IMG/VR virus record: IMGVR_UViG_3300010397_000046
Location: 4,359 to 68,358 of that record
Source of the DNA: a virus
DNA length: 64,000 nucleotides
Reading direction: 5' to 3' (one strand)
Below are positions 26,757-36,361 of the stretch, one piece after another; position 1 is the stretch's first letter; every line of letters starts with the position of its first letter. The position numbers and the translations under genes were made by a program. The notes under the pieces were generated by a model. It was not told the origin of the DNA and searched no databases. It saw nothing but the letters and a program-made list of their open reading frames with translations.

Positions 26757-27258
26757 TGATGATTTTGATTATGAGAAGGAAATGAACATTGATCCTGATT
26801 TCTTGGATGTTGAATTCCTGAATCATCCGACACTAGCAATGAAAGTTGGGAAGTTGTCAGCAATAGCAAACAAAGAAGCAAAGGAAGCAGAAGAACGGGT
26901 AAAGACATTGAGAAGTGAACTTGTAATGCAAGCTAACACTGAACCGGATAAATATCTTGGGAAAGGAGTGAAACCGACAGCACCCGTTGTTGAAGCCTAT
27001 TACCGGACAGATGAAGATTATGTGGAAGCTAAAACGGAATTGATTGAAGCACAGTATAATGCTGATATGTTAAATCATGCTGTGTTTGCAGTACAGGCAA
27101 GAAAGACAACTTTGGAGAATCTTGTTCGTTTGATTGGATTGGAATATAACAGCACCCCGAATGAGCCGAGGGATTTACCAGAATTTGCGGAAGAATTTGA
27201 AAAGAAGAAAAAGAAGTTAGTTCAGAATAAAGTAAAATCACGGTTGAATAGAAAGTAA
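26716..27258 (+). CDS. UvsY-like recombination mediator
   Basis: Helical 180-aa protein, 'KPTAPVVEAYYRTDEDY', near SSB and RecA genes. Confidence 0.55.
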   Translation: MRTNKMKSRQSMHNDDFDYEKEMNIDPDFLDVEFLNHPTLAMKVGKLSAIANKEAKEAEERVKTLRSELVMQANTEPDKYLGKGVKPTAPVVEAYYRTDEDYVEAKTELIEAQYNADMLNHAVFAVQARKTTLENLVRLIGLEYNSTPNEPRDLPEFAEEFEKKKKKLVQNKVKSRLNRK

Positions 27259-27263
27259 TCAGT

Positions 27264-27338
27264 TTGTCGGTAGGAACATCAAGCGTGGGCGACATTGTTC
27301 CTAGTCAGATCGAAATGTCATATAACGACTACCGGCAA
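27264..27338 (+). ncRNA. Candidate three-way-junction RNA in HU leader
   Basis: ttgtcggtag/ctaccggcaa; taggaaca/tgttccta; tagtc/gacta; loop segments gacat/atgtc complementary. Confidence 0.45.
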
Positions 27339-27390
27339 TTCATTTACCAAACGGCCAAAGAGCCGAACTAAAACAAAAGGAGAAAGAATC

Positions 27391-27669
27391 ATGGCAACAC
27401 ACAGTCACATTGCAAAAGCGGTTAAGGTACGGGAAGCAGTTATTGATGAAGTTGTAAAAGCAATCACAGGTTTGATTGACGATGGAGAGAAAGTAACCCT
27501 GAAAGGTATTGGAACTATCTCCCGTAAAGACAAAGCACAGAGAAATGGAATCAATCCAGCAACACAGGAAAAAATTATCATTCCGGCAAAATCGGTTCTG
27601 TATTTCAAAGCAGCAAAAGACACAGCAAGAGTCCTTAAGCCTGTAAAAGCAGCAAAAGCGAAGAAGTAA
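27391..27669 (+). CDS. HU/IHF-family DNA-binding protein
   Basis: GEKVTLKGIGT, RNGINPATQEKIIIPAK..FKAAK; SD before ATG 27391. Confidence 0.9.
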   Translation: MATHSHIAKAVKVREAVIDEVVKAITGLIDDGEKVTLKGIGTISRKDKAQRNGINPATQEKIIIPAKSVLYFKAAKDTARVLKPVKAAKAKK

Positions 27670-27705
27670 ATTATATTTCAAATACTTTTGGAGGAATGAA
27701 TAAAA

Positions 27706-29052
27706 ATGGCAAAGAAACCTAGCAAGTCAAGCAGCATGAGGGATGCAGCAAGGAAACGGGCTGAAGAACGGCAGACAACCGGAGGGGGAACAAAATTTAT
27801 TTTCCCTGATGGGCATAAAGTGACTTGGTTCAAGCCGGAAAAAGGGAAGATGCTGATTGATATTATCCCTTACCGTGTTACTGCTGAAAATCATCCTGTT
27901 GTGGGTGAAGGTGACTTGTGGTATCAGAGAACTATCTTTGTGCATCATTCTGTTGGGGCTGAAGAGAAAGCATACCTGTGTTTGAAAACAATAGGGAAGC
28001 GTTGCCCTATCTGTGATGCAAGAGCAGAAATGATGAAATCCCCTGATGGGGATGATGATTTGATTAAACAGCTTGCCCCGAAAGAAAGGGAAGTATTCAA
28101 TGTCATTGACCGGAACAACAAGAAAGAAGGTGTACAGCTTTGGGAATATTCCTTTCATCTTTTTGGAAAACTCCTTGAAACTGAAATCAGGGAAGGTGAA
28201 GATGATCTTGCCGACTTTGCAGAACTTGAAGGTGGAAAAACTCTGAAACTCCGCTTCAAAGAAAAGACGATGGGAAAGAACAAGTTCCTTGAGTGTGATC
28301 GTATCGACTTTGAAGATCGGGAAGAAGACTACGATGAAGAAATTCTGGATGATGTACTTGACCTTGATGCAATCCTGAATGTTCATCCGTATGAAAAACT
28401 GGAAGACATTTTCCTTGAAAGGGAAGATGAAGATGTGCCTAAGAAGGGCAAAAAGAAATCGGATGAAGAAGAAGATGAACCGAAAAAGAAGCCCAAAAAG
28501 AAACCTGCTAAAGAAGAGGAAGATGAAGAGGATGAAAAGCCGGTAAGGAATAGTAAGAAAAAGCCTGAACCTGAAGAGGAAGATGAAAAACCTACAAGGG
28601 CAAGTAAGGGCAAGAAGAAGCCTGAACCGGAACCTGAACCGGAAGAGGAAGAAACAACTTTGGATGAAGTCAATGAAATGGATTATGATGAACTTGTTCA
28701 GCTTGTAGAAGACAAGGAATTGGAAGACATTGATGTGGATGATTATCCAAAGAAGAAAGTTGAAAAGTTACGGGCTGCAATCATTGAAGCATTGGAATTG
28801 GAAGAAGAGGAACCGGAAGAAAAACCTGTGAAGAAGACAAGTAAAAAGAAACCGGAACCCGAAGATGAAGAGGAAGATGAAAAGCCCGTAAAGAAAGGCA
28901 AGAAGAAATCATCCGATGATGAAGAATGCCCTCATGATGGGACATTCGGAGTAGACACAGATGATCTTGATGAATGCTTTGAATGTGAACTTTACGAAGC
29001 ATGTTTGGCAGCAAAAGAAGCAGCAGCAAAGGAAAAGAAGAAAAAGAAGTAA
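27706..29052 (+). CDS. gp32-like ssDNA-binding protein with long E/K-rich tail, helical module and C-terminal Cys cluster
   Basis: VHH..YLC..CPIC Zn site; context next to UvsY-like and RecA genes. Confidence 0.7.
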   Translation: MAKKPSKSSSMRDAARKRAEERQTTGGGTKFIFPDGHKVTWFKPEKGKMLIDIIPYRVTAENHPVVGEGDLWYQRTIFVHHSVGAEEKAYLCLKTIGKRCPICDARAEMMKSPDGDDDLIKQLAPKEREVFNVIDRNNKKEGVQLWEYSFHLFGKLLETEIREGEDDLADFAELEGGKTLKLRFKEKTMGKNKFLECDRIDFEDREEDYDEEILDDVLDLDAILNVHPYEKLEDIFLEREDEDVPKKGKKKSDEEEDEPKKKPKKKPAKEEEDEEDEKPVRNSKKKPEPEEEDEKPTRASKGKKKPEPEPEPEEEETTLDEVNEMDYDELVQLVEDKELEDIDVDDYPKKKVEKLRAAIIEALELEEEEPEEKPVKKTSKKKPEPEDEEEDEKPVKKGKKKSSDDEECPHDGTFGVDTDDLDECFECELYEACLAAKEAAAKEKKKKK

Positions 29053-29082
29053 TCAAACATTGATAGCGTAATGATAAAACGA

Positions 29083-29118
29083 GAAGGGGTTATGGATTAG
29101 TCTGTAACCCCTTTTTTG
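29083..29118 (+). terminator. Rho-independent terminator
   Basis: gaaggggttatgga-ttag-tctgtaaccccttttttt. Confidence 0.75.
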
Positions 29119-29135
29119 AGATAAAGGAGGATTCA

Positions 29136-29516
29136 ATGAGATTCATGCAGAAGATCAAAAGTAAAATCTGTGTCTGGTTAGGAATTCATCAGGCAATAGC
29201 TATTTTAAGAAATAATATAAACAGTTTGGATAATAGACATATAAAAATGAATCAGAAATTAGCTGAATTGGATGTAAGGTATCAAAATCTTGTTGCTATT
29301 GGAGTTGACGTTGGAATTAAAGATCAAACAGCAATTGTGATTGCTACAAAGTTGAACGGGGGCTATGTAAAAATTATTGATACTCGTTTAGGTACGTATG
29401 AAGAACTTAAATGTTTAATATCAGAAATGGAATTAAGATATGGAAGCAAAGCTGTTGTTGATGTTCCATTGCACATGAAACACCACTTTAACAAATGTGG
29501 TTCAGGGAGATTTTAA
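29136..29516 (+). CDS. hypothetical protein
   Basis: AAGGAGG SD. Confidence 0.65.
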   Translation: MRFMQKIKSKICVWLGIHQAIAILRNNINSLDNRHIKMNQKLAELDVRYQNLVAIGVDVGIKDQTAIVIATKLNGGYVKIIDTRLGTYEELKCLISEMELRYGSKAVVDVPLHMKHHFNKCGSGRF

Positions 29517-29517
29517 A

Positions 29518-30612
29518 ATGGCTCGGACAACAAGCACAAAAAGCGTTGTTTCACAAATCAAAGCTAAATCCAAAAAGAAAGCTGTGGAAGAAAAGAAACC
29601 TATCACGGCTGAATACTTCATATCATCCGGTTCTACTCTTTTAAATCTTGCCTTAACAGGAAATCCTTTTTACGGTTGGCAGCTAGGTAAGATGGCAAAC
29701 ATTATTGGGGATTCAGGCACAGGTAAAACCCTCCTTGTTTTAACTTCACTTGCAGAAGTAGCACATAACCCAAAACAAACAGATGTTGAGCTTGTATTTG
29801 ACGATGCAGAGAACGCATTAGAGTTTGACCTTGAATCATGCTTTGGAGAGGCTACAGAAGGACGCACAGAAATACTTGATCCTCCTAGTGAGAACATAGA
29901 GCAGTTCAGTGATAGACTGTCTGTAACAATCGCTAAAGGCAATCCATTCGTATACGTCCTTGACTCCTTTGATGCACTAGGTTCTGAAGCTGATACAAAG
30001 CACATTGAATCAGAACGCAAGATAAGGATGGGACAAAGTAAGAAGGAAAGTTCAGGAAGTTATGGAACAGCAAAGCCTAAGATTGCTTCACAAATGTTGC
30101 GGGAAGATTGTGGAAAATTGAAAAGGTCAAAAGGTGCTTTGCTGATTATCAGTCAGACAAGGGACAACTTAACCCCAGGCTCATTTGAAAAGAAAACAAG
30201 AAGTGGAGGAAAGGCTTTAAAGTTCTATGCAACACATGAGGTTTGGATCATTCTTACAGGAGCTATTAAAGCTAAGAATAGAAGGATAGGGGCTGAATGT
30301 CTTGTAAAAGTTTCCAAGAATAAAATTACTGGGAAGAAAAGAGAAATTAAGTTTAATGTGTATGATAGTTATGGTGTTGATGATATAGGAAGTATGGTTG
30401 ATTTCCTTTTAGCAGAAGAGATATGGAAAGGAGGGGGTAAAGCGAACATTGATACAAAAGGGGATTTAGTTAGTAAGTCTATCAGCAGGGGGAAGCTGAT
30501 TGAAATGATTGAAAGCAAAGGTTTGGAAAATAGACTTAAAAATATAGTAGGTCGTGTTTGGAATGAAATTGAAGAAAGTCTGAAGGTTAAAAGGAAAAAA
30601 AGATATGCCTAG
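29518..30612 (+). CDS. recA: RecA/UvsX-like recombinase
   Basis: GDSGTGKT, DAENALE, VLDS, ISQTR, SGGKALKFYA; ATG 29518 after SD. Confidence 0.9.
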   Translation: MARTTSTKSVVSQIKAKSKKKAVEEKKPITAEYFISSGSTLLNLALTGNPFYGWQLGKMANIIGDSGTGKTLLVLTSLAEVAHNPKQTDVELVFDDAENALEFDLESCFGEATEGRTEILDPPSENIEQFSDRLSVTIAKGNPFVYVLDSFDALGSEADTKHIESERKIRMGQSKKESSGSYGTAKPKIASQMLREDCGKLKRSKGALLIISQTRDNLTPGSFEKKTRSGGKALKFYATHEVWIILTGAIKAKNRRIGAECLVKVSKNKITGKKREIKFNVYDSYGVDDIGSMVDFLLAEEIWKGGGKANIDTKGDLVSKSISRGKLIEMIESKGLENRLKNIVGRVWNEIEESLKVKRKKRYA

Positions 30613-31159
30613 AAAGAAAATAGTGAATAAACAGCCTACAAGATTATATTGTGGGCTTGACCTTAGTTTGACGGCAACAGGTGTTGTTATCATCAATCAA
30701 TCCGGTGTAGTAGTTCACAAGCAGGTTATCAAAACAAAAGTAAGAGGTATGGAAAGACTTTTCGTAATCAGAAACATCATTGCAGATATTTACAAGCGGT
30801 TTGCAATCAATTTTACCTGTGTAGAAGGTTATAGCATGGGGAGTAGGAATGGAAAAGCATTTGATATAGGAGAACTTGGAGGAACCATTAAATTATTTCT
30901 ATGGTCAAGAAAGCATGATTATTACCCAATACCCCCAACACAGGTAAAGAAGTATGCAACAGGGAAGGGGAATGGGGATAAAAACAAAGTCATGCTTGCC
31001 GTGTTCAAAGAATGGCAATTTGAAGGGACTGATGATAATGAGGTGGATGCTTTTGTTTTGGCTAATATAGCAAGAGCCGTTAAATCAAACATAGTAATGC
31101 GGAAGTATCAGGCAGAAGCAATTATTAGTATCAGAAAAGAAATTAACAAAGGGGTTTAA
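30605..31159 (+). CDS. ruvC: RuvC-like Holliday junction resolvase
   Basis: GLDLSLTATG, VEGY, KKYATGKGN, DNEVDA. Confidence 0.88.
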   Translation: MPRKKIVNKQPTRLYCGLDLSLTATGVVIINQSGVVVHKQVIKTKVRGMERLFVIRNIIADIYKRFAINFTCVEGYSMGSRNGKAFDIGELGGTIKLFLWSRKHDYYPIPPTQVKKYATGKGNGDKNKVMLAVFKEWQFEGTDDNEVDAFVLANIARAVKSNIVMRKYQAEAIISIRKEINKGV

Positions 31160-31160
31160 A

Positions 31161-32210
31161 ATGTCCCTAAATAGAGTAACTATAGAAGGATTCCAAAGTC
31201 ATAAAAAGACGGTGCTTGATTTCCATGCCGGTGTCAATGCTATATCAGGGGATACCGGACATGGAAAGACGGCAGTAGTAAGGGCAATCAAATGGTGTAT
31301 TTTAAATGAATGTGATGATTCAGCATTCATACGGCATGGACAATCAGAAGTATCTGTTAAATTGGAATTTAGTGATTTCACTTTGGAGCGTATTAGGAAC
31401 ACAACAGGCAACATCTACAAACTTACCATTGGAGGTAAGACAGAAACATTCAAAGCATTCAAGCAAACTATTCCATCTGACATTGTTGATATACTCAACA
31501 TGAATCAGATCAATCTTCAAGAACAACTTGATTCCCATTTCCTGATTTCAAAAACTCCCGGCGAACGGGCTAAGATGTTGAACAATCTTGTTGATCTTTC
31601 CATCATACATGAGTCTATTTCTGGAATCAAAAAAGAAGCATTGCAGAACAGCAGGGACATTGAAAACGTAACAGAACAGATAGAAGAAAACAGGAAAGCG
31701 TTTGGGGCTTTCAAATTCCTTGTTCAGCTTGAAAAAGATGTTGAAGCATATGAAGTGTTGCAAGAACAGTTTGAAAAGGTCACAGAAGCTAAAGATGAAC
31801 TCTCCAACATGATAGAAAGAGTAGAAGAATTGAAGGAACGTGCTGAATCATATTCTGACCTGATTAGCATGTCTTCCAAAGTTGATCGGGTTTTGAAATC
31901 GGTTGAAGAGTACAAAAAGCAAGCAAGACAATTAATTACAATTGCTCATTTGATTAATAGCATTTGTGACAGTAAAGAAGAGTATCAGAAGTTTGAAGCA
32001 TTGATTGAATTGGAACCGAAAGTAAAACAAGCTGTTGATTTAGTAATGTCGATTGATAAAATATACGGATTGATTGAAAAACAAAAAGACCTCATGCAAG
32101 AGATAGAAAGAAGAGAAATAGATGTAGCTGAATTGGAAACTGAATACATCGAAAAATTACCGGAGGAATGTCCATTATGTGGGAATCAGATGATACAGGA
32201 AATATCATAG
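31161..32210 (+). CDS. SbcC/Rad50 N-terminal half (Walker A, coiled coil, zinc hook)
   Basis: IEGFQSH, GDTGHGKT, terminal CPLC; no signature or Walker B motif. Confidence 0.85.
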   Translation: MSLNRVTIEGFQSHKKTVLDFHAGVNAISGDTGHGKTAVVRAIKWCILNECDDSAFIRHGQSEVSVKLEFSDFTLERIRNTTGNIYKLTIGGKTETFKAFKQTIPSDIVDILNMNQINLQEQLDSHFLISKTPGERAKMLNNLVDLSIIHESISGIKKEALQNSRDIENVTEQIEENRKAFGAFKFLVQLEKDVEAYEVLQEQFEKVTEAKDELSNMIERVEELKERAESYSDLISMSSKVDRVLKSVEEYKKQARQLITIAHLINSICDSKEEYQKFEALIELEPKVKQAVDLVMSIDKIYGLIEKQKDLMQEIERREIDVAELETEYIEKLPEECPLCGNQMIQEIS

Positions 32211-32386
32211 ATGCCATTTTGGAAGCCAAAAAGAAAATGGAACAAGATACGGGTCTAAAACCTAGATTTATTGATATAGGAATTAAAGCGCATGAGAATA
32301 TGAAAGAAGTAATAAAGACATGGAAAGGTGTTAGAGTTCGTGTTTTTTCAGAAGGCGCGATTGTAGAAGATTACGTTGTTAAATAA
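32168..32386 (+). CDS. hypothetical protein
   Basis: ORF in operon; similar to 20474..20692. Confidence 0.5.
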   Translation: MSIMWESDDTGNIIDAILEAKKKMEQDTGLKPRFIDIGIKAHENMKEVIKTWKGVRVRVFSEGAIVEDYVVK

Positions 32387-32395
32387 GAGGTGGGA

Positions 32396-33343
32396 ATGAG
32401 AACTAAAAATAGAAGAGATAGGATATTAGCAATCTTTGTATCAGACATGCATTTAAGGGAAACGGCTCCAGAATGTAGAAAGGATGATTTTCTTGAAGCA
32501 CAAACAAAAAAATTACGATGGCTTTCTAAGCTACAAGTTCAGAACAATTGCCCTGTACTTGTTGCCGGTGATCTTTTTGATTATTGGAAGCCTAGTCCTT
32601 GGTTACTTGCTTATGCTTTGCGTGAGCTTCCATCTGGAATTATCGCAATTCCTGGCCAACATGATCTTCCCGCACATAGCCTTGAACAAATAGAGAAATC
32701 TGGAATACAAGTTCTTGCTGATGCAGGGAAGATTGACTTACTTCTTGGAACTGATGAAGATAGTTGTGATATAAATGGAATGATGTATCAAGGATTTCCT
32801 TGGGGAGTTGAGTTAAAAGGAACAGATAGAGGTTTTGGAGAATCAATTGCTATTGCTCTTGTTCACAAGTTAATATATAAAGCAAAAGAATTACCTTTCC
32901 CTGGTGCTGATGAAGTTGGATATTCAGTACGGGGAATTGTAAAACAACTTCCAGGATTTAATATTATAATTACTGGCGATAACCACCAGACTATATTTGC
33001 ACAAGTAAATGACACTATCGTTGTGAATTGTGGAAGTTTTATGAGAACTACTGCGGCGCAAGCAGATCATGAACCTAGCGTCTTCCTTCTGCATGAAAAT
33101 TTCAACGTCACACAGCTTAAAATACCTATCTCCAAAGATGTTATCAGCAGGGAACACATTGATAGAAAGAAACAGAAAGAAACCCGTATATCAGCTTTTG
33201 CTGAAAGATTGAATAAGCGTGTGGAAATAGGTTTAAGTTTTGAGCATAATCTTAAAAAAGTTATCAGGAAAAACAACATATCAAAAGCAGTTCAATCTAA
33301 AGTGTGGGAGGTATTAGATGGGTGCAAAGATAGAAAAACATAG
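32396..33343 (+). CDS. SbcD/Mre11-like metallophosphoesterase nuclease
   Basis: SDMH, AGDLFD, PGQHD, GDNH, NCGS; GAGGTG SD before ATG 32396. Confidence 0.88.
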   Translation: MRTKNRRDRILAIFVSDMHLRETAPECRKDDFLEAQTKKLRWLSKLQVQNNCPVLVAGDLFDYWKPSPWLLAYALRELPSGIIAIPGQHDLPAHSLEQIEKSGIQVLADAGKIDLLLGTDEDSCDINGMMYQGFPWGVELKGTDRGFGESIAIALVHKLIYKAKELPFPGADEVGYSVRGIVKQLPGFNIIITGDNHQTIFAQVNDTIVVNCGSFMRTTAAQADHEPSVFLLHENFNVTQLKIPISKDVISREHIDRKKQKETRISAFAERLNKRVEIGLSFEHNLKKVIRKNNISKAVQSKVWEVLDGCKDRKT

Positions 33344-33509
33344 TATCCGCAATATCAAATGTCATGTATGCGAACATGAGTTTCGTTGTAAACAGATTGC
33401 ACAGTATATGATTGACTGTCTCAATGCTATATCTAAAGAAGAACCTATCCCTGATTGTCCATTTTTTGAAGAAGAAAAGAAAACAGGAAAGGAAGTTTAC
33501 AATGACTAA
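33318..33509 (+). CDS. small Cys-rich protein
   Basis: CHVC..C..C..CPFF. Confidence 0.55.
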   Translation: MGAKIEKHSIRNIKCHVCEHEFRCKQIAQYMIDCLNAISKEEPIPDCPFFEEEKKTGKEVYND

Positions 33510-33942
33510 AAAACCTCATACAAACTTTGAGATACTTATGGGGCCTATGACGCTTGAAGGGGCATTATGGAAAGGTGTATCAGCTTGTTTGCTAGAAGAT
33601 AAAAAGACAGGACATATTTGTGTTGTTACGGCACCTGATGAAAAGCAATTGCAATTCTTTTGGAAAAAGTTGACTGATGATAAATTGAATATATCTATGA
33701 CTAAAACAACAATAGGCAATTACGAGTTTATTCAGAAGCAGGAAATGTTTTGGTATTACGATAGAATTCAAGACTTTTGTTTTTTTGGAGAAGACACACA
33801 AAGAACAAAAGGAGTATCAAAAATAGGCGTAGCAGAACGCAAAACAATTGCAGAATGTAGAATCCTTTTGAGGAAGTTAGGTTGGGACAAAGAAGATATT
33901 TTAAGCACAACAATACAACTTGAAGATGATATTCCATTCTAA
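33502..33942 (+). CDS. hypothetical protein ending in SSB-like DDIPF tail
   Basis: C-terminus QLEDDIPF; internal RTKGVS. Confidence 0.65.
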   Translation: MTKKPHTNFEILMGPMTLEGALWKGVSACLLEDKKTGHICVVTAPDEKQLQFFWKKLTDDKLNISMTKTTIGNYEFIQKQEMFWYYDRIQDFCFFGEDTQRTKGVSKIGVAERKTIAECRILLRKLGWDKEDILSTTIQLEDDIPF

Positions 33943-33951
33943 GGAGGATTT

Positions 33952-34191
33952 ATGGCAGTGAATGTGGAAGACCTGATTAAACTGAAGAAGAGGATTGAAA
34001 AAGCAAAGTTGGATCAAGCTACGGCTGAAGGAGCTTTACAACAGTGTATGAAACAACTTGAAACAGAATATGGATGCAAGACACTGAAACAAGCGCAAAA
34101 GAAATTGGAAGAAATGACGGAAGAGCATAAGAAACTGGAAAAGGGAATTAAAAAAGCGATAGAAGAATTGGAGGAGAATTATGATTTCTAA
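33952..34191 (+). CDS. small coiled-coil protein (possible SbcC-complex piece)
   Basis: AAGGAGG SD; heptad-rich. Confidence 0.7.
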   Translation: MAVNVEDLIKLKKRIEKAKLDQATAEGALQQCMKQLETEYGCKTLKQAQKKLEEMTEEHKKLEKGIKKAIEELEENYDF

Positions 34192-34405
34192 AACTACTGT
34201 AATTGTTACTGATGCAGAAATGATGAATGTTCCTGTAGCAAATCAAGAATCTTACATAATCAATAAATTGGAAAAGTTTGATATTCCAATGAAGATTCTA
34301 GGGGATAAAAAGTCAGTTGATTTATCAAAAGGTACTTTGGAATCTTACCCGGATTATGAACGAAGCATAACAAAATTCATCTTTACTGTGAAAGAAACCG
34401 TATGA
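34181..34405 (+). CDS. hypothetical protein
   Basis: GGAGGAG SD. Confidence 0.55.
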   Translation: MISKTTVIVTDAEMMNVPVANQESYIINKLEKFDIPMKILGDKKSVDLSKGTLESYPDYERSITKFIFTVKETV

Positions 34406-35013
34406 GGGACTACAGGGAATTTCTGACCCGTTACAAGGGACAACGAGAACAAGTAAGGGTAAGGCAAGGGGAACTTAAAAAGAAGCTCTTACAGCTTCAA
34501 TCTGAACGCTTGGAGATAGAACAGGCAAGCGTGATAATACAGGAAACTGCTCAACTAACACAAAAAGAGCTACGCTACCAAATTTCAGAGTTGGTAACTC
34601 TTGCATTGACGTCCATATTTGAAGACCCTCCTGAATTTGAAGTAGGGTTTGAACAACGTAGAAATCAGATGGAATGTGATATGCATTTTGTAGTTAATGG
34701 AAATTCTGTTCATCCTTTAACCGCAAGTGCAGGTGGTGAAGCTGATGTTGCAGCATTCGCTTTGCAGATAGCTTTATGGTCATTGAAGACAAACAGAACA
34801 AGACCGTTATTGGTACTTGACGAACCACTTAAATTTTTGAAGGGGAAGAATTATCCAGAAAGAGGGGCAAGATTAATCAAAGACATATCGGATAAATTAG
34901 GGATTCAGATCATATACGTTACCCACATTCCAGAACAGGTAGAATCAGCAGACAATGTAATCATAATAAAAAAGAAAAGGGGAATTAGTTATGGAAGTGT
35001 TTCTGATCGGTGA
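34402..35013 (+). CDS. SbcC/Rad50 C-terminal half (signature, Walker B, H-loop)
   Basis: SAGGE, LLVLDEP, IIYVTH. Confidence 0.85.
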   Translation: MRDYREFLTRYKGQREQVRVRQGELKKKLLQLQSERLEIEQASVIIQETAQLTQKELRYQISELVTLALTSIFEDPPEFEVGFEQRRNQMECDMHFVVNGNSVHPLTASAGGEADVAAFALQIALWSLKTNRTRPLLVLDEPLKFLKGKNYPERGARLIKDISDKLGIQIIYVTHIPEQVESADNVIIIKKKRGISYGSVSDR

Positions 35014-35359
35014 AAAGGCATTGATTGCACATCCTAGTGGTGAAACAAGAATTATTGGATCAGACATACCTTGTAAAGAACCAGCAATCATGCTTTTGAT
35101 CCCTATGGCGTCCGGTTTATCAGCACCTATCATTGCTATGGTCGAAGAGTTGCAAAGGGCTGACAAGAAGTATGAGCATGATCCAATGACTAATATGAAT
35201 GTAGGATTCAAAACTATTATGAGTGAGGTAACAGAACTTGACAGGGAAGTAACAAGATTTACATATTCAACAGGAAATATGGAATGGTTAAAGAAAGAGG
35301 TTATTCAAGTTGGAGCTATGTCTTTAAAATTCTTTCGGGACATATGCAAAGCTATGTAA
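34991..35359 (+). CDS. MazG-like helical protein
   Basis: EELQRA..SEVTEL..KEVIQVGAM pattern. Confidence 0.5.
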   Translation: MEVFLIGEKALIAHPSGETRIIGSDIPCKEPAIMLLIPMASGLSAPIIAMVEELQRADKKYEHDPMTNMNVGFKTIMSEVTELDREVTRFTYSTGNMEWLKKEVIQVGAMSLKFFRDICKAM

Positions 35360-35371
35360 AGGGGAGATAAA

Positions 35372-35641
35372 ATGATACACGAACTTAAAACTGATTCAGC
35401 AGTATTTCAAGCAGTAAAAGAAGGTCGTAAAAACTTTGAAATTAGAAGGAACGATAAGCATTTTGTAACAGGTGATTTGTTAGTCCTCAAAGAAACAGAA
35501 AATGATGGTGCTGATATGGCTGAATTTGGCTTACCATTGATTTATACCGGCGAAGAATTGGTTGTTACTGTTGAGTATGTTTTATACGGGCCTATCTACG
35601 GTTTAGAAGCTGGTTGGTGTATTATGTCTATATCACTCTGA
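35372..35641 (+). CDS. DUF3850/ASCH-domain protein
   Basis: IHELK..F..V..G.KNFEIRRND..F..GD.L.LKE. Confidence 0.85.
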   Translation: MIHELKTDSAVFQAVKEGRKNFEIRRNDKHFVTGDLLVLKETENDGADMAEFGLPLIYTGEELVVTVEYVLYGPIYGLEAGWCIMSISL

Positions 35642-35658
35642 TATTTAAAAATGACTGT

Positions 35659-35712
35659 GTAAATAAGAAAAGCCCCTCTTGTTTTTTTTCAGGAGGGGCT
35701 TTTCTTATTTAC
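35659..35712. terminator. Bidirectional terminator between convergent transcription units
   Basis: 20-bp perfect IR gtaaataagaaaagcccctc / gaggggcttttcttatttac. Confidence 0.85.
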
Positions 35713-36332
35713 GGTTTGTTTGGCTGTTCTATAATGACGTTAGGTGTATTTGCATCACCTCTTCTTATATTGTTCTCCTTCAAGAATTGTTGTCCTTTCA
35801 CTAACTCTTCCAATATCCTCATTTGTTTTTGTTCCATTTCTGAATATTCTTCTTTTCCATCTTTCGTGAATGAAACCCCATTAAAATGTAAATAAGCCAT
35901 AAGCAGACTAAACACAATTAATGCCGGTAATCCAATATCTATCAGTTTTTCTACACGGGTTTTAAAAAAGCCTTTCACTTCTTCATCATCCTTTACTAAA
36001 GTTTTTACTGATGCTTTTAAACTCGTAATATCATTTTTGATTGTTTCCAATATGATAGTATCCATAGTGGCCCTCTTTTGACAGAGATCATGCTCCAAGG
36101 TGATCCGCATACTGTCTTTAGTTAAACTATCAATTCGTTTGTGAGCCGCATCAATCTTTCCATCAATTTTCAGCAAGGATTCATGTCTAGCTGATTCATC
36201 AGCAACACGATCAATGTGTTTTCGGATTTCAGAAACATCTTCAACCATACCGGAAACTCTTGTCCGATATTCAGTTAATTCATTTTCTGCTATCCGAAGT
36301 CGTTCATCCAATTCTTTCAATTCCAATGGCAT
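35709..36332 (-). CDS. coiled-coil + TM protein (possibly holin/antiholin-like)
   Basis: GGAGG SD; one TM near C-terminus. Confidence 0.6.
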   Translation of the reverse strand: MPLELKELDERLRIAENELTEYRTRVSGMVEDVSEIRKHIDRVADESARHESLLKIDGKIDAAHKRIDSLTKDSMRITLEHDLCQKRATMDTIILETIKNDITSLKASVKTLVKDDEEVKGFFKTRVEKLIDIGLPALIVFSLLMAYLHFNGVSFTKDGKEEYSEMEQKQMRILEELVKGQQFLKENNIRRGDANTPNVIIEQPNKP

Positions 36333-36361
36333 AGAATCCTCCGGTGCTTGTATGGGTCAGA

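Noticed and set aside
27264-27338. Purine riboswitch, hammerhead or pistol ribozyme
   Set aside because: Conserved core nucleotides (TTTCTAC, CTGANGA+GAAA, pistol core) not found in the proper arrangement
27295-27390. N-terminal extension of HU from TTG 27295 (contains SRTKTKG)
   Set aside because: No SD at 27295, a good SD at 27391, and TKG here is simply the SD sequence; not counted as a tag
35614-35895. 93-aa + strand ORF
   Set aside because: Crosses the bidirectional terminator and is antisense to a real gene
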